Assembly: GCA_030647555.1 (NCBI GenBank)
Contig: JAUSJG010000027.1
Span: 15,532-79,531 of the forward strand
Direction: 5' to 3'
DNA from: a bacterium
GTDB lineage: Bacteria; Patescibacteriota; Andersenbacteria; UBA10190; CAIZMI01
Length of the DNA: 64,000 nt
Each line of letters begins with the position of its first letter. Position 1 is the first letter of the stretch. Under the pieces are notes generated by a model. It saw nothing but the letters and a program-made list of their open reading frames with translations, did not search any database and was not told the origin of the DNA. The position numbers and the translations under genes were made by a program. Shown here piece after piece: positions 30,355-39,694 of this stretch.

Positions 30355-32875
30355 GGCTAAGGAAATTGCAAAAAGAAAAGCGACAACGTTCGAATTTATT
30401 TCCGCAAAGTTTAACAAGGTCACAAGAGAGGCTCAATTTAACTATCGAGTTTGTTTTGAGAATTTAGAAGAACTAAATTTTGTTGAAACATTAATCTTTC
30501 CCCAGGAGCGAGATATTGTCATCGGGGATGATGATTTAATTCAGACAGCATTATCGGATTTACATCTAGTTTTGGGAGTCAGTTATTACAAACTTTATTG
30601 TCCGTCAGATGTTGTTTTGAAACGGAAACTCACGCTTGAGCAAGCTTCTTTTTGGACAAAACTATACACCGAAGGGATGGGGGAATTTTATTTTCGAAAT
30701 CAGTTAGATCCAAAAAAGTTTCAAGGTTTTAAGGGGGAGCCGGGATTGAAAGCAAAGAGTTGGTCTGTTAGTAGAAGTGCCAGGAGTTTGGTTGGTGTTG
30801 GTGGCGGTAAGGAGTCGGCTGTTGCCGTAGAGCTTATGAAAGAACACGCGCATGATGTGACCGCTTTTGTCCTGGAAGCCAGACCATCCACCATCGTGGA
30901 TGAATCGATTAGGGTGATGAGTGTTCCGTCATTGCGTGTTCAAAGGGTGTTAGATCCTAAATTGTTTGGGGGATTGAGCGATACATATAACGGTCATGTG
31001 CCCGTGTCGGCAATCATTGCGTTTGCCGGGTATTTTGCGGCGCTTCTGTATGGTTTTAGAGAAGTTGTTGTGGGCAATGAATTCAGTAGTAATTTTGGCA
31101 ATGTTGATTATAAAGGAATCGCGGTAAATCACCAATGGAGCAAATCGCAAGTTTTTGAGAGTGCGTTTCAAAAATATACGCGAGAAAATATCTCGCCGGA
31201 TGTAGAATATTTTTCTTTATTACGTCCGTTTTATGAAATCAGGATTGCGCAAATGTTTTCCAAATACAAACAATATTTTTCGGTATTTTCCAGTTGTAAT
31301 CGAAATTTCAAGATAAAAGAAACAACGGAAAAGAAGTGGTGTGGCGAGTGTGCAAAATGTGTGTTTGTTTTTACGTTGCTGTCCGCATTTCTCACAAAAA
31401 AAGAATTGGTTGGAATTTTTGGCGCGAATCTTTATGACAACAAAAAATTATTGCCGATCTTTCGCGATCTGTTAGGGATTGGAAGAATGAAGCCGTTTGA
31501 TTGCGTGGGAACATTTACAGAGACGCGAGTTGCTTTTGAAATGTCGGCAAAAAAATATGGTAAAACACCGGTGCAAAAAGCGTTGTTGGGAGAATTTAAG
31601 GTGACAGGTCAAGAGCGTAGTGAAGTAATGCAAATGCAAAAAACTGAACTACAACCGCCCTATTTGCTTTATGGTGTAAATAATATTCTTCTGGTTGGCT
31701 ATGCGCGTGAGGGTGTGGAGTCGGAAAAATTTCTCAAAAAACATTTTCCTAAAATAAAACTCGGTATTGCCGATAAAAAATTTGGCGATGATTATTTAGC
31801 TAAACAAAATGATTTTGATTTGGTAATTAAAACCGCAGGTATGCCGGGCCGTTTGATTAAAATTCCGTATACAACGGCTACAAATTTATTTTTTGCCAAC
31901 GTTGATCGCAGGAAAGTTATTGGTGTTACCGGCACAAAAGGAAAGAGTACAACAGCCACTTTAATTGCGTGGATTATTGAACAAAGTGGTCGACCGGTGC
32001 AGTTGCTGGGAAATATCGGCAAACCGATGTTGCATGCCCTCGACAAACCCTTGGTGGAAAATGAGCTGGTTGTTTTGGAATTATCCAGTTACCAACTGGA
32101 GGATCTGCAATTTTCACCGCACATTGCCGTCGTTACCAATCTTTTTCCGGAACATATGGATTATCACGGCGATGTTAAAAAATATTATCATGCTAAGAAA
32201 CAAATTATTACAACGCAAACAAGCGATGATTTGTTTGTTTACAATGCGGATGATGAGCGTTTGGTCGGGTGGGCGAAAAAGAGTAGGGCAAAAACGGAGA
32301 AGTTTGTCGTCAAACTACCACTAAAAGATAAGGAGATTCCGTTGCTTGGTGAGCATAATAAAAGAAATGTGCGAACGGCGGTAACCGTGGCTCGTCATCT
32401 TGGAATTAATGATGCTGTTATCGCACAAGCAATTAAAACATTTACTCCGCTTAAGCATCGCCTACAATTCGTGGGAGAATATCATGGTATTAAGTTTTAC
32501 GATGATGCTATTTCCACCACTCCGGAATCAACTATTCAGGCGTTGGAAACTTTAAAGAAAGTGGCAACAATCTTTTTGGGTGGCCAAGATCGCGGTTACG
32601 ATTTTTCAGAATTGCGAAAAAGCTTAAAAAAATATGGCGTAAAAAATGTTGTGTTGTTTCCTGACAGCGGGGAAAAAATTATCGATTCCGCGAAAGGTTT
32701 TGAAAACGTCCTGAAAACCTCAAGTATGAAAGAAGCGGTTAAATTCGCATATAAATTTACCAAGCCGGGTGAAATCTGTCTGTTGTCCTGTGCGTCACCC
32801 AGTTACAGTATCTGGAAAGACTTTGAAGAAAAGGGCGATTTGTTTCAGGAGGAAGTGAAAAAACAAGCGAAGTAG
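30347..32875 (+). CDS. Fused MurL (UDP-MurNAc-L-Ala-L-Glu epimerase) and MurD2-type ligase
   Basis: N-half has GGGKES, NGHVP, NHQWSKS, FSSCN, WCGECAKC and KPFDCVG; C-half has GTKGKSTT, ELSSYQL, EHMDYH, HRLQ, DDAIST and SPSY. ATG at 30347. Confidence 0.82.
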   Translation: MVKAKEIAKRKATTFEFISAKFNKVTREAQFNYRVCFENLEELNFVETLIFPQERDIVIGDDDLIQTALSDLHLVLGVSYYKLYCPSDVVLKRKLTLEQASFWTKLYTEGMGEFYFRNQLDPKKFQGFKGEPGLKAKSWSVSRSARSLVGVGGGKESAVAVELMKEHAHDVTAFVLEARPSTIVDESIRVMSVPSLRVQRVLDPKLFGGLSDTYNGHVPVSAIIAFAGYFAALLYGFREVVVGNEFSSNFGNVDYKGIAVNHQWSKSQVFESAFQKYTRENISPDVEYFSLLRPFYEIRIAQMFSKYKQYFSVFSSCNRNFKIKETTEKKWCGECAKCVFVFTLLSAFLTKKELVGIFGANLYDNKKLLPIFRDLLGIGRMKPFDCVGTFTETRVAFEMSAKKYGKTPVQKALLGEFKVTGQERSEVMQMQKTELQPPYLLYGVNNILLVGYAREGVESEKFLKKHFPKIKLGIADKKFGDDYLAKQNDFDLVIKTAGMPGRLIKIPYTTATNLFFANVDRRKVIGVTGTKGKSTTATLIAWIIEQSGRPVQLLGNIGKPMLHALDKPLVENELVVLELSSYQLEDLQFSPHIAVVTNLFPEHMDYHGDVKKYYHAKKQIITTQTSDDLFVYNADDERLVGWAKKSRAKTEKFVVKLPLKDKEIPLLGEHNKRNVRTAVTVARHLGINDAVIAQAIKTFTPLKHRLQFVGEYHGIKFYDDAISTTPESTIQALETLKKVATIFLGGQDRGYDFSELRKSLKKYGVKNVVLFPDSGEKIIDSAKGFENVLKTSSMKEAVKFAYKFTKPGEICLLSCASPSYSIWKDFEEKGDLFQEEVKKQAK

Positions 32876-32880
32876 CGATA

Positions 32881-32914
32881 CCCTCCCTTATTCAAGGGAG
32901 GGCGAGGGTGGGTT
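32881..32914. repeat. Half copy of the CCCTCCCTT/AAGGGAGG palindrome family
   Basis: CCCTCCCTTATTCAAGGGAGGGCGAGGGTGGGTT matches arms at 44.3k, 48.7k, 53.1k and 61.2k. Confidence 0.7.
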
Positions 32915-33111
32915 TTGTGTGTGTATATTTTATTTTTGGTAAACGGTATAGGTATTTAGGCTTGTTCATCATAGCTTCGTCTTCGTTTGTATCGATATAT
33001 CGATACAAGGTTTTGGAAATTTTGAATTTCATTAGAAATTAGATATTAGTAATTAGTCATTTTGGGCGTCGATAAAACAGTATTAGCAGAGTTAAACAAG
33101 ATGTTTATATT

Positions 33112-34707
33112 TTAGACCAAACTGCGCAATATACTCATCGCTGTCATTTGCGGGGGTTGTGGAATTTGCATTATTTCCAAGACTGTTGGCCCGATGTCGG
33201 CCAGGCAACCAATTGGGGTGGAGAGCACTTGCATTACCATTTCTTCTTCCTTTGGGGGGTCTTGTTTGTTGTTGGCGGTTATATAAATAACAGGCACAGG
33301 GTTGGCGGTGTGGTCTTTCGAGATTTGGTGTGTGGTTGGATTCAACATCTCCTCGGCATTTCCATGATCGGCGGTGATAAGTACCGCGCCGTCTTTGGCT
33401 ATTGTGACATCAATTATTTTTTTCATTTCCTTATCCAGAAACTGCAATGATTCAACCGTGGCATCGTATTCTCCCGTATGACCAATCATGTCGGGGTTGG
33501 CAAAGTTCATTATGATGAGGTCGTATTTGTCTTTATTGATTTCTTTTACAACATGGTCGGCGATCACCTTCGCGCTCATTTCGGGAGTATCGGAATAATT
33601 TTTAACATTCGGTGAGGGGACCATGACGCGGTCTTCGCCTGGAAAAGATATTTCACGTCCACTGTTAAAATAATATGTGACGTGCGCGTATTTTTCTGTT
33701 TCGGCAATACGGAGCTGTGTTTTTCCGGCATCGGAAACAACACGGCCGGTGGGAAATTCTGCTTGTTCTTCGGGGAAGGCGACTGTAACCGGTAAATCCT
33801 TTTGGTATTCGGACATGGTGACAAATTCCAGGTCCGTCCAGTTTTGCACGGGGAAATCGTTAAAGCCTTTTGTTGTAAAAGCATAAGTCAGTTGGCGAGC
33901 GCGGTCCGGGCGAAAGTTAAAGAAGATAACAGTATCGCCATCTTGGATTTTACGTAACGGTTCGCCGTGTTTGGTAATTACGTAGGCCGTGACAGTTTCG
34001 TCGGTTTCTTTTTTCTCATAAGCGCTTTCGAGCGCATCTTTCCAACTGTCGGTATGTTCGCCAATTCCGTCGGTCAGTAAATCGTATGCGACCTTCGTGC
34101 GGTCCCAATTATTGTTACGGTCCATTGCAAAGTAGCGACCAACGAGAGAAGCGATTCCACCACTTTTTGTGTGATCGATGGCTTCTTGTACTTTTTTCAG
34201 ATACGATCCGGCGCTTATAGCGGGAGTATCACGGCCGTCCAAAAACGCGTGGACAAATGTTCTATTGCTCACTCCTTCTTTTTTTGCGAGTTGTAATATG
34301 GCAAGAAGGTGGTCGACGTGACTGTGTACTCCGCCGTCGCTAACACAACCAATCAGGTGTAACGCGGAATTGGGACGTTCTTTGACGTGATTCGTGGCTG
34401 CTACAAATGCGGGGTTTTTGAAAAAGGATTTATTTTCGATGGACATCGTAATCTGAGGGAGAGGTTGGTAAATGATGCGTCCCGAACCCATGTTTTTGTG
34501 ACCAACCTCGGAATTTCCCGATTCGCCCCACGGTAAACCAACTTCAATCCCTGAAGCTTTTATTACAGCGGATGGATACTCACGTACCCAACGTTCAAAA
34601 TTTTCCATTTTAGCGGCATAAATCGCGTTGCCTTCCTGCAGGAAGGAGATACCAAACCCATCGAGAATCATTAAAACTAACGGTCGAGGAATTTTTATAT
34701 CGGACAT
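33112..34707 (-). CDS. gpmI: 2,3-bisphosphoglycerate-independent phosphoglycerate mutase
   Basis: ILDGFG, GNSEVGH, DGGVHSH, AETEKYAHVT, NPDMIGHTG and TADHGN motifs. Confidence 0.96.
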   Translation of the reverse strand: MSDIKIPRPLVLMILDGFGISFLQEGNAIYAAKMENFERWVREYPSAVIKASGIEVGLPWGESGNSEVGHKNMGSGRIIYQPLPQITMSIENKSFFKNPAFVAATNHVKERPNSALHLIGCVSDGGVHSHVDHLLAILQLAKKEGVSNRTFVHAFLDGRDTPAISAGSYLKKVQEAIDHTKSGGIASLVGRYFAMDRNNNWDRTKVAYDLLTDGIGEHTDSWKDALESAYEKKETDETVTAYVITKHGEPLRKIQDGDTVIFFNFRPDRARQLTYAFTTKGFNDFPVQNWTDLEFVTMSEYQKDLPVTVAFPEEQAEFPTGRVVSDAGKTQLRIAETEKYAHVTYYFNSGREISFPGEDRVMVPSPNVKNYSDTPEMSAKVIADHVVKEINKDKYDLIIMNFANPDMIGHTGEYDATVESLQFLDKEMKKIIDVTIAKDGAVLITADHGNAEEMLNPTTHQISKDHTANPVPVIYITANNKQDPPKEEEMVMQVLSTPIGCLADIGPTVLEIMQIPQPPQMTAMSILRSLV

Positions 34708-34819
34708 GAGTAATAGTATACACTGGGATGGGGGAAGCAGGAATGAAGAGTTTTTACGTTTGACTAACAGTGTCGTTGAGAGTAATCTATTTTCAGCTGA
34801 ATAAGTTCAGCTTTAATGA

Positions 34820-34893
34820 CGCGGGGAAGAGCAGCCCGGTCGCTCGCATGGCTCATAACCATGAGGTCGCAGGTTCGAATCCTGCCCCCGCTA
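34820..34893 (+). tRNA. tRNA-Met (CAT), initiator-like
   Basis: Cloverleaf CGCGGGG.../CCCCGCT-A with C1:U72 mismatch, anticodon loop CTCATAA, T-arm GCAGG-TTCGAAT-CCTGC; CCA not encoded. Confidence 0.9.
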
Positions 34894-34895
34894 CT

Positions 34896-35375
34896 ATTAC
34901 TAAAAAGACCCCTGTGGGGTCTTTTTAGTAATAGAATGTGTGCAGGATTCGAACGGTTCATATTTTCGTCGCACGAAAACATGAACCGGTGGCCAGAATT
35001 ATGCAATATCAATTGCATAATTCGAGGCCAAATCCTGCCCACAAAATACCCCTGTGGGGTATTTTTATTGTTATGATCGAGTGCAGGATTTGAACGGTAT
35101 CGTTGTTTCGTAAAACAACGATACCGGTGGCCAGAATTATGCAATATCAATTGCATAATTCGAGGCCAAATCCTGCCCCCTGCGTGGCTCGTGTTTTATT
35201 TATAAAATTTCGCAAAGCGAAATGACAATAATGACGAGCGATATCTTCGAACCAATACTATTGGTTCGAAGATATCGCTCGGATTTGAACGCCGGAGCAT
35301 ATTTTGCGAAGCAAAATGCGAGGCGGTGGCCAGAAACTTTCGTGTCAACGAAAGTTTCGAGGCCAAATCCTGCCC
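34896..35375 (+). repeat. Tandem array of three structured units built on the tRNA T-arm
   Basis: Units at 34942-35040, 35083-35180 and 35281-35375: (GCA)GGATTYGAAC-hairpin-GGTGGCCAG-hairpin-CGAGGCCAAATCCTGCCC. Confidence 0.85.
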
Positions 35376-35518
35376 AGCGCGTAAATCAGAAATCGGGAGT
35401 GGAAATCGGAGATGACGTCTTGTCCATTTACAAATGCAAAAAATTTAGTAGTATTACTCTAGTTTGGGAAGTCGGATGGATCCGACCACCGACTATCTGA
35501 TTTCCGATTTCCGCGTTT

Positions 35519-35591
35519 GGCTGGATAGCTCAGCGGTTAGAGCAATGGCATCATAAGCCATGGGTCGCAGGTTCGAATCCTGCTCCAGCTA
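35519..35591 (+). tRNA. tRNA-Met (CAT), probably elongator (Ile2 not excluded)
   Basis: GGCTGGA/TCCAGCT-A acceptor stem, anticodon arm ATGGC-ATCATAA-GCCAT, canonical T-arm. Confidence 0.88.
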
Positions 35592-35656
35592 CAAATTATT
35601 CGTAGGGTATTTGTACATTGTTCGCAAAACGTACGGATACGGTATATAATAGTAGC

Positions 35657-36583
35657 ATGAGAGCAAAAGTTGTGGAAAAGTCGCGGGCAATTCAATTGCG
35701 TAAAAACGGTTTAAGTGTGAAACAGATTGCTCAAAAATTAAGCGTCAGCAAGGGTAGTGTCAGTCCTTGGGTGAAGCTGGTTGTTGTTCCGAAAGAAAAG
35801 AGAAAAAAGATCCGCGAAAGAATGTTAATGGGCGGAGAGAAGGGGAGAAAGAAAATTTTGCGAGGTTGGGATGAATATCGAATATTGCATCCAAAACCGC
35901 CACCATATGTTAAACCAGTCCGTTTAATTGACACTTTTTTTGACAAGTGGTCGCCCGAAATGGCGTATGTGCTGGGCTATTTTGCAGCGGACGGCTGTAT
36001 GTTTCGAAACAAGCGTGGGTCTTATTATATCGAATTTACCTCCACAGACATTGAGTTGATTGCATGTGTAAAAAGTATTTTGGAATCAACAAACAAACTT
36101 GAACGATACAAGCTTAAAAACCCAAAATATAAAATCAGGTATAATATTCAGCTTGGGAGTAAAAGTGCTTTCTTGTCGCTTAATAAACTTGGTTTAACAC
36201 CAAATAAGAGTTTAATAATCAAGTTTCCAGCTGTGCCTGATGAGTATTTGGGGCATTTTTTGCGTGGTAACCTTGATGGCGACGGCTGTGTTACTTTCAC
36301 AAATTATTTTCGAAAAGACAGGGGAAAAAGATATTTGAGTTTAATGATCCGTTTCACCAGTGGAAGTAGAGTGTTTTTAGTCGGGATGAAAAATAGGATT
36401 GAACAAAAAATACCGAATATCGGTGGAAGTTTGATATTATACACTCCAAGGCACCATGTTTTGGCGTATTGCACGTCAAGTGCTAGACAACTGTATAAGA
36501 TAATGTATCCTAATAAATTAGTGCCCTGTCTAAAGCGTAAACGTGACATTTTTCTTAGGGCATTTGAGATTTTGGACCCGTAG
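35657..36583 (+). CDS. Free-standing LAGLIDADG homing-endonuclease-like protein with N-terminal HTH
   Basis: LSVKQIAQKLSVSKGSVSPW HTH; two LAGLIDADG helices YVLGYFAADG and FLRGNLDGDG; ATG at 35657 follows TATAAT by 6 nt. Confidence 0.85.
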   Translation: MRAKVVEKSRAIQLRKNGLSVKQIAQKLSVSKGSVSPWVKLVVVPKEKRKKIRERMLMGGEKGRKKILRGWDEYRILHPKPPPYVKPVRLIDTFFDKWSPEMAYVLGYFAADGCMFRNKRGSYYIEFTSTDIELIACVKSILESTNKLERYKLKNPKYKIRYNIQLGSKSAFLSLNKLGLTPNKSLIIKFPAVPDEYLGHFLRGNLDGDGCVTFTNYFRKDRGKRYLSLMIRFTSGSRVFLVGMKNRIEQKIPNIGGSLILYTPRHHVLAYCTSSARQLYKIMYPNKLVPCLKRKRDIFLRAFEILDP

Positions 36584-36649
36584 TTTAATCGGTAAAACAC
36601 CTGCTTGTCACGCAGGAGACAGCGAGTTCGATCCTCGTCGGGTCCGCCA
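36574..36649 (+). tRNA. tRNA-Asp (GTC)
   Basis: GGACCCG/CGGGTCC-G-CCA acceptor stem, anticodon arm CCTGC-TTGTCAC-GCAGG. Confidence 0.92.
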
Positions 36650-36675
36650 AAAAATACGCCTTTCGGCGTATTTTT
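36650..36675. terminator. Bidirectional intrinsic terminator
   Basis: AAAAATACGCC-TTTC-GGCGTATTTTT between convergent tRNA-Asp and the dsbA-like gene. Confidence 0.8.
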
Positions 36676-36694
36676 CGATGTTCTACGAAATCTG

Positions 36695-37384
36695 TTACTT
36701 AACCGAATTGACCACTTTTGCCAACTGGTCGGCACCAACAGCGCCCCTTATCGGTGTTGCACCTTTTGGTCCGATAATAATCGAAGTTGGCGTGCCGGTG
36801 ATTTTTGCAACGCGGGCGGCGTCAAGATAGATTTGGGTTTTCGATCCGTATTTGTCCGAGCTTAAACATTGAGAGAACACTGTTCCGTCTAAACCTAAAT
36901 CTGTGCCGATTTTTGCTAAACGGGCCGGATCGATAATGTTTTCCGTGTCGGTGGAAGTATAAATTGCGTCAAGATATTCCCAGTATTTTCCTTGGTCATT
37001 TGCGCAATCCATCGCTTTTTCTTCCACTTGTCCTGTGGGCTTAAACGGAGTTGGACGATAAACAAGACGGACATCCGGGTTTTCGGATAGAACCTTTTTT
37101 AACTCCGGGTAGAAAACACGGCAATATGGACATTGAGTATCCGAATAGAGAACAATTGTTGTGGTCGCTGTCGCAGAACCTTTAATGTAGTCTTGGGCTG
37201 ATACAGCGGGAATAGAGGCTGGATCGAATGGTGGTTCTGTTGGCGCGCTACCGGCTTGTTGAACAGCTGGCTTTGTTGCTGGTGGCACTTTTGCTTTAGT
37301 AAGCAAAAAACCCACGACAACCACAATAACAACTAAAACGATGATTGCCGGTAATGTTGATTTGTTTGATATGTTTTCTTCCAT
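36695..37384 (-). CDS. DsbA/BdbD-like thioredoxin-fold protein
   Basis: N-terminal TM helix, YSDTQCPYC active site, cis-Pro GTPT motif. Confidence 0.88.
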   Translation of the reverse strand: MEENISNKSTLPAIIVLVVIVVVVGFLLTKAKVPPATKPAVQQAGSAPTEPPFDPASIPAVSAQDYIKGSATATTTIVLYSDTQCPYCRVFYPELKKVLSENPDVRLVYRPTPFKPTGQVEEKAMDCANDQGKYWEYLDAIYTSTDTENIIDPARLAKIGTDLGLDGTVFSQCLSSDKYGSKTQIYLDAARVAKITGTPTSIIIGPKGATPIRGAVGADQLAKVVNSVK

Positions 37385-37450
37385 AATGATTGATTGAAGT
37401 GTTAGATCTATATGATGAGCATATAGAAAGGATGGAGGAGAAGCAAGCGC

Positions 37451-37582
37451 AAATTTTCAATTATCAATTTTGCAATTTTCAAATAATTTTCAATGATTTA
37501 ATTATTTGATAGCGTCACCATCTTTGAGAATTAGAAGAATTGATAATTATTTGAAAATTGGTCATTGAAAATTGAAAATTTT
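37451..37582. repeat. AT-rich heptamer-repeat palindrome
   Basis: aattttcaattatcaatt... / ...aattggtcattgaaaattgaaaatt; related to 5313-5440. Confidence 0.75.
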
Positions 37583-37657
37583 GTATAATTATTCATATAA
37601 ATTCTATATTGGAGATTATGGCTTTTATTTACTGGGATTTTTCTCTATAATGTTCCC

Positions 37658-38167
37658 ATGGGCTTACATGAACAACGAATCGAAAACTTAACACGGGAGA
37701 TATTACTCGTTTTAGACGAGCTGGTGTCGAAAGGCGCGGGCATTCCACGGCCGATTATCGGTCTAAGTAAAGAAATGCCTTTTTTCTTGCCGGTGCAACA
37801 GCGTTGCGTGGCGAAATTAAGGAAGATAGCGCAAGACAATAAGGCGGAATTTCATCCGGCAGTCATTATGATGACGGTGCATCCATATCAGGATCCATCA
37901 AGCAAACGTGTTGCTCAAGTAGCTTTTCCGTATAACGAATTGGTTACGGGTGACGTTATTGATCGTTTGGATGATGAGTCAGAGGTTAAGCTGGCAAAAA
38001 TTGTTATGAAAGACGTGCCGAAGGATTGGGAAAGCGAGCGCGTACTCGATTTACGTATGCAGGCAATCAGTAAGCACGTTCGTTATGGGGAAGTAATGGC
38101 AACAGCAAAAAATGTAAACTTACGCGTTCCGCGAGTAGCGATTCCAGGCAAAGAGTCCGGGGTTTAG
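37658..38167 (+). CDS. Hypothetical protein
   Basis: 169-aa ORF with TATAAT 6 nt before the ATG; no recognised motif. Confidence 0.7.
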   Translation: MGLHEQRIENLTREILLVLDELVSKGAGIPRPIIGLSKEMPFFLPVQQRCVAKLRKIAQDNKAEFHPAVIMMTVHPYQDPSSKRVAQVAFPYNELVTGDVIDRLDDESEVKLAKIVMKDVPKDWESERVLDLRMQAISKHVRYGEVMATAKNVNLRVPRVAIPGKESGV

Positions 38168-38178
38168 AAGCTATTTGA

Positions 38179-38562
38179 ATGACACTACGCAGTTCACTGG
38201 TAATATTTGGAATTTGGACGGCGTTAGCGCTGGCAACGCTTGTTTTTGTGATTACGTCGGTAGCGCCGGGGGCTAATGGGCTTTATGCGGAAGCCTTTTT
38301 CTTTGGGGCGCTCTTTTTGGCGACAACTGGTGCTATAACAATATTGGGTGTATTTGGTCGTTTGCGTAATTCAACAGAACTTCCGGCAAATCAGCTGGCC
38401 CCCGCATTTAGGCAGGGGATATTGATTGCTATTGCACTTGTGACCGTATTGCTTTTGCAGAGATTTAGAATTTTGCAATGGTGGAACATCCTTTTGCTGG
38501 GAATAATTCTGGTTTTGATCGATTTGGTGTTCGCGAGCACAAAGAGGAGGTCTAAGGTTTAG
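38179..38562 (+). CDS. Hypothetical 4-TM membrane protein
   Basis: Four hydrophobic helices; FRQG and LQ..R motifs. Confidence 0.75.
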   Translation: MTLRSSLVIFGIWTALALATLVFVITSVAPGANGLYAEAFFFGALFLATTGAITILGVFGRLRNSTELPANQLAPAFRQGILIAIALVTVLLLQRFRILQWWNILLLGIILVLIDLVFASTKRRSKV

Positions 38563-38605
38563 ATTGCGCGTTGTGGTTTTTTTGTTTTTAGCATAAAATT
38601 GGGCG

Positions 38606-39616
38606 GTGATGACATTAAACGAAGAGCTCTACAAAATCGAACAGGATGCGCAGAAAGCGCTGGAAGAAGCCAAGACAACTGAATATTTGGAGGCCTTCAA
38701 ATTGGAATATCTTAGTCGTCATGGTGTTTTGTCGACTTTTTTAAGGGGAATTAAGGATGCTTCGATTGATGAAAAGCGTACTGTAGGAAGTCGTGCGAAT
38801 ACACTGCGCGCGGAATTGGAACAAAAATATGAATCAAAATTGTCTGTATTAAACAAAGGTTCGGTCAGAAAAATCGATGTCACAGTTCCCGGGAAACGTC
38901 CGGCACAAGGACACTTGCACCCGCTCACGATCGTGCGCCGTGAAATTGAAGATATTTTTTTGAGTATGGGTTTTGAAATTGCTGATACGCCGGAAGTGGA
39001 AGAAGCAAAATTTAATTTCGACTTGGTTAATATGCCGAAAGATCATCCCGCCCGGGATTTGATGGATACTTTTTGGTTAGCAGATGGACGTTTATTGCGT
39101 GCTCATACTTCCGCTGGACAGGGAAGAGTGATGACGGGAAGAAAACCGCCACTTCGTATACTTATTCCTGGACGCGTTTTTCGTAATGAAGCGACAGATG
39201 CTTCGCACGAGTCCACTTTTCATCAATTCGAAGGAATGATGGTTGATAAGGATATTTCCATGGCCGATTTGAAGGGTGTTATTGAGGTAGTGTTAAAGAA
39301 GATATTAAATCGTGATGATGCCAAGCTTCGATTTCGTCCAACGTACTTTCCATTTGTTGAACCGGGCATTGAAACACACGTCTCCTGTTTGTTTTGCAAG
39401 TCTGGTTGTGCGACATGTAAATATTCCGGTTGGATAGAAATTTTGCCGGCTGGGATGATCCATCCCAATGTTTTGCGCAATGTGGGTATTGATTCCACAA
39501 AATATCGCGGTTTTGCCTTTGGTGGCAGTATCGATCGCCTGGCGATGTTGAGGTTTGGTATTAGCGATATTCGCTTGCTTTGGAGTGGAGATCCGTCTTT
39601 CTTAAAACAATTTTAA
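38606..39616 (+). CDS. pheS: Phenylalanine--tRNA ligase alpha subunit
   Basis: GHLHP, HPARD, LRAHTS, FHQFEG, YFPFVEP and GFAFG motifs. Confidence 0.96.
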   Translation: MMTLNEELYKIEQDAQKALEEAKTTEYLEAFKLEYLSRHGVLSTFLRGIKDASIDEKRTVGSRANTLRAELEQKYESKLSVLNKGSVRKIDVTVPGKRPAQGHLHPLTIVRREIEDIFLSMGFEIADTPEVEEAKFNFDLVNMPKDHPARDLMDTFWLADGRLLRAHTSAGQGRVMTGRKPPLRILIPGRVFRNEATDASHESTFHQFEGMMVDKDISMADLKGVIEVVLKKILNRDDAKLRFRPTYFPFVEPGIETHVSCLFCKSGCATCKYSGWIEILPAGMIHPNVLRNVGIDSTKYRGFAFGGSIDRLAMLRFGISDIRLLWSGDPSFLKQF

Positions 39617-39694
39617 TGGAAATTGTTTTAGGGATTTTCCTTTCGCAGGAGAATCCCTAAAACGGGAGCTTATTGAATAGACTATAAAAATATT

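Noticed and set aside
34896-35375. CRISPR array interpretation of the tRNA-adjacent repeats
   Set aside because: There are only three long units, the variable parts are self-complementary hairpins rather than unique spacers, and no cas genes are present.
35519-36649. Group I intron or intein hosting the LAGLIDADG ORF
   Set aside because: Both flanking tRNAs are complete and uninterrupted, there is no room for an intron core, and no intein splice motifs are visible.
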